Part shown: positions 15,368-17,367 of the stretch, piece by piece
How the letters are laid out: every line of letters starts with the position of its first letter
How positions within the stretch are numbered: position 1 is the stretch's first letter
Assembly: GCA_030753015.1 (NCBI GenBank)
Contig: JASMDC010000059.1
Location: 1 to 17,367, forward strand
Length of the DNA stretch: 17,367 nucleotides
Origin: Candidatus Undinarchaeales archaeon
Lineage (GTDB): Archaea; SpSt-1190; JASMDC01
Reading direction: 5' to 3'
Notes under the pieces: model-generated
Database searches by the model: none
Seen by the model: the letters and a program-made list of their open reading frames with translations, nothing else
What the model was told of the DNA's origin: nothing
Made by a program: the position numbers and the translations under genes

Positions 15368-16042
15368 CTATCCTTCCCCTGTGACGCGGCGCCTGATCTC
15401 TTCTGGCGGCGGTACGATGATCTCTTTGTTGGCCTCGATGATCTCGTCGGGCACGGGTCGCTCGCCAAAGAGCTTCTCGGGCTTCATGAAGGTCTCGAAG
15501 TTCTCTTTAGTGAGCACCCAGGAGTCGACACCGCCCAGCTCGTGATGGACCTCGTTCTTGGGCTCGAGCCTCAGCTCCTCCATCCAGCGCCGGAACCCGA
15601 TCGGGCTCTCGGCCACGACGAGGACCTCCTCCTGGTCCATCATGAAGTGGTACTCCATCTTGGCCGGGAACAGGTGCGCCCCCACGCGCAGGCCCCGCTT
15701 CAGGGCCATGGTGTGGTAGCTCATCCCCGTCTTGTCGTCCACGATCCGGCCGTTGACGATCCCGACGATCTCGCCGTCGATGAGGCCCACCAGGCAGTAC
15801 TCGTCGCGAACGCGGTAACGGTACCAGCCCAGCAGCTCGGCGTACACTCGTGATGCCACGATGTCGTAGTAGTCCTTGGCAACGGTGGTCAGCGGGCGGA
15901 CCGCATCGAGGAGCTTGGGCACCTCCTCGCGTTCTGCCTGCCGGATCAGCAGCTTCTCCCCGCTCACAAGCGTGATAACCTTGGGCGGGTAGGGTTTCAT
16001 CTCCCTTTCAGGAGGTCTCAGAAGGTCCTCGTCTCCAACCAT
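15368..16042 (-). CDS. GNAT-like N-acetyltransferase fold protein
   Basis: Start reassigned to ATG 16042 (GGGGGA SD upstream). LLIRQAEREEVPKLL, CLVGLIDGEIVGIVNG (beta hairpin), HTMALKRGLRVGAHL (motif A-like), VAESPIGFRRW (motif B-like). 3 nt from thiolase start. Confidence 0.65.
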   Translation of the reverse strand: MVGDEDLLRPPEREMKPYPPKVITLVSGEKLLIRQAEREEVPKLLDAVRPLTTVAKDYYDIVASRVYAELLGWYRYRVRDEYCLVGLIDGEIVGIVNGRIVDDKTGMSYHTMALKRGLRVGAHLFPAKMEYHFMMDQEEVLVVAESPIGFRRWMEELRLEPKNEVHHELGGVDSWVLTKENFETFMKPEKLFGERPVPDEIIEANKEIIVPPPEEIRRRVTGEG

Positions 16043-16149
16043 GATTAGTCCCCCATAGTCTGGGTGTCGGCGGATAGGGACCAAATGCATTTAATCCTTG
16101 TGATGCGTCCGCTCGTAACGTCGTCACCGTGCAGTGGTCGCACAACAAT

Positions 16150-16177
16150 CTATTAATAGGACAAATAGTGCTAAATA
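16150..16177. promoter_or_regulatory. AT-rich divergent promoter region with perfect palindrome CTATTAATAG
   Basis: CTATTAATAG at 16150-16159, then AAATAGTGCTAAATA, between the divergent GNAT operon and transglutaminase-like gene. Confidence 0.45.
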
Positions 16178-16222
16178 CCGCCACGGTTCGTAGAGAATCG
16201 TGTGTTCAGAGGAAAGGGGACC

Positions 16223-17260
16223 ATGTACGGGATTGTGGACGTTGATCTGGAGACGGAGGGGTACGCCGACGCGCTCGGTGCCGAGACGCGGCACGAGGCC
16301 GACGACCTCGTTGCGAACAAGCTCTCGCAGTACGCCATCTCTGCTGCCACGCTCATCGGTGTATCGTACGGCCTCGACGTCTTCACCTCGTTCTCGATCG
16401 CCCGCCTGACCAACGCGCGACAGGACCCCAACGAGTACCTCTCGTCGGAAGGACAGGAACGCGTCGCAAGCGTCATCGACACCGAGGAGGTCTGGAACGA
16501 CATCTCCGAGAACCCGGACCAGTACTCGGGACAGGACATCGTCGAAAGGCTCCATGCAAAGGTGATGATACACCTTGATTACGACGACTCCTTTGCTGAC
16601 ACCGGCATCGATCCGGCGGTCGACGACGGTTCTGGCATCTGCTTCGACTTCTCGGGCATGACCTACTCGGCCCTGCTCAAGCTCGCGGCCGACCACCCCG
16701 AGATCGCCGAGCAGGCACAGGACGTGCGCTGGGTGTTCGGGGCCTCCGGCGAGGAGAACATCGGGCATGCCTGGTTGCACGTGCGCGGGGAGGACGGCGT
16801 CTGGCACAACTACGATGCCACCGTGGACTACGTGGAGAACGGCATGGGCAACGCCGACATCGTTCACCAGTACCCGCCCGTGGACATGGGCAAGTACATC
16901 GACATGGGCAGCGTCCAGCAGGCGGCCGACGGTACGTACGATCATGACATGGTGTGGGAGAACATCCTCCTCCCCAAGATGTCCGCCGGCGAGCAGCTGC
17001 TGAACATGTACGAGATGAAGACCGGCAACGACATCCCCAACAACGTCGAGCAGTACCTGCCCGAGACGTTCATCCTCGTGGCCGGCACCACCGGTATCAC
17101 CACCGGTGTCAAGTGGACCTTTGGGAAGGTCTGGGAGTGGATCAAGGGCCGCCGTGGCGGCGGTGGCGGAGATGACGGGGACGACGACAGTGGTGGAGAG
17201 GATCTCGAGCGCTACCTCGAGGAGATGGAGCGCAAGCACCGGCAGAAGGACGGGGAGTAG
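16223..17260 (+). CDS. Acidic membrane-anchored transglutaminase-like (Cys-His-Asp) protein
   Basis: Start reassigned to ATG 16223 (GGAAAGGGG upstream). GICFDFS (Cys at 16640), GHAWLHV (His at 16766), WHNYDAT (Asp at 16814) match the transglutaminase-like GxCxD / HAW / W..D.T pattern; hydrophobic segments near both termini; Gly/Asp-rich tail. Confidence 0.8.
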   Translation: MYGIVDVDLETEGYADALGAETRHEADDLVANKLSQYAISAATLIGVSYGLDVFTSFSIARLTNARQDPNEYLSSEGQERVASVIDTEEVWNDISENPDQYSGQDIVERLHAKVMIHLDYDDSFADTGIDPAVDDGSGICFDFSGMTYSALLKLAADHPEIAEQAQDVRWVFGASGEENIGHAWLHVRGEDGVWHNYDATVDYVENGMGNADIVHQYPPVDMGKYIDMGSVQQAADGTYDHDMVWENILLPKMSAGEQLLNMYEMKTGNDIPNNVEQYLPETFILVAGTTGITTGVKWTFGKVWEWIKGRRGGGGGDDGDDDSGGEDLERYLEEMERKHRQKDGE

Positions 17261-17367
17261 GGCACTTACCGGGTTCTTTCGGGTCCGGATATCATATCAA
17301 TTCAACTTATTTTCCGAATATCGGATATATCCCTGGTGTGGTGGCGTATTCGACCTCCCTTGGGGAT

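Noticed and set aside
16124-17239. 371-aa minus-strand ORF opposite the transglutaminase-like gene
   Set aside because: Val/Leu/His-rich pattern typical of the reverse complement of an acidic protein gene; the plus strand carries the catalytic motifs.
1-17367. tRNA, rRNA, CRISPR array, transposase or integrase
   Set aside because: No cloverleaf, regularly spaced repeats or mobile-element motifs recognised by eye; a covariance-model search was not possible.

Overview
GC-rich archaeal genomic window. 1-2722 is the conserved archaeal replication/translation cluster gins15(partial)-rpl44e-rps27e-aIF2alpha-nop10-PAC2 family. It is followed by a wHTH/Zn-ribbon protein, a large membrane-anchored surface protein (FGE-sulfatase/C-type-lectin-fold domain, TPRs, Pro/Thr linker, ~55-Cys repeat region, Ig-like domain) overlapping a COG2108-like radical SAM gene, and a single-OB-fold SSB divergent from an archaea-specific Ski2-like DEVH helicase. 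Next come an AT-rich regulatory island with two unannotated small hydrophobic ORFs, a DUF483-like GYPECC protein, tryptophanase, a glycine-zipper protein and a hairpin terminator. The window ends with a GNAT-like / thiolase-fold / DUF35 operon and an acidic membrane-anchored transglutaminase-like Cys-His-Asp protein. The most striking signal is that operon: the thiolase-fold protein lacks both catalytic cysteines (ENGPASG instead of ExACASG; HDAF instead of HDCF) and is paired with a GNAT-like protein rather than HMG-CoA synthase, suggesting an uncharacterised acyl-CoA C-C lyase/aldolase or acyl-transfer complex. All family assignments come from motif recognition by eye; no database searches were run.
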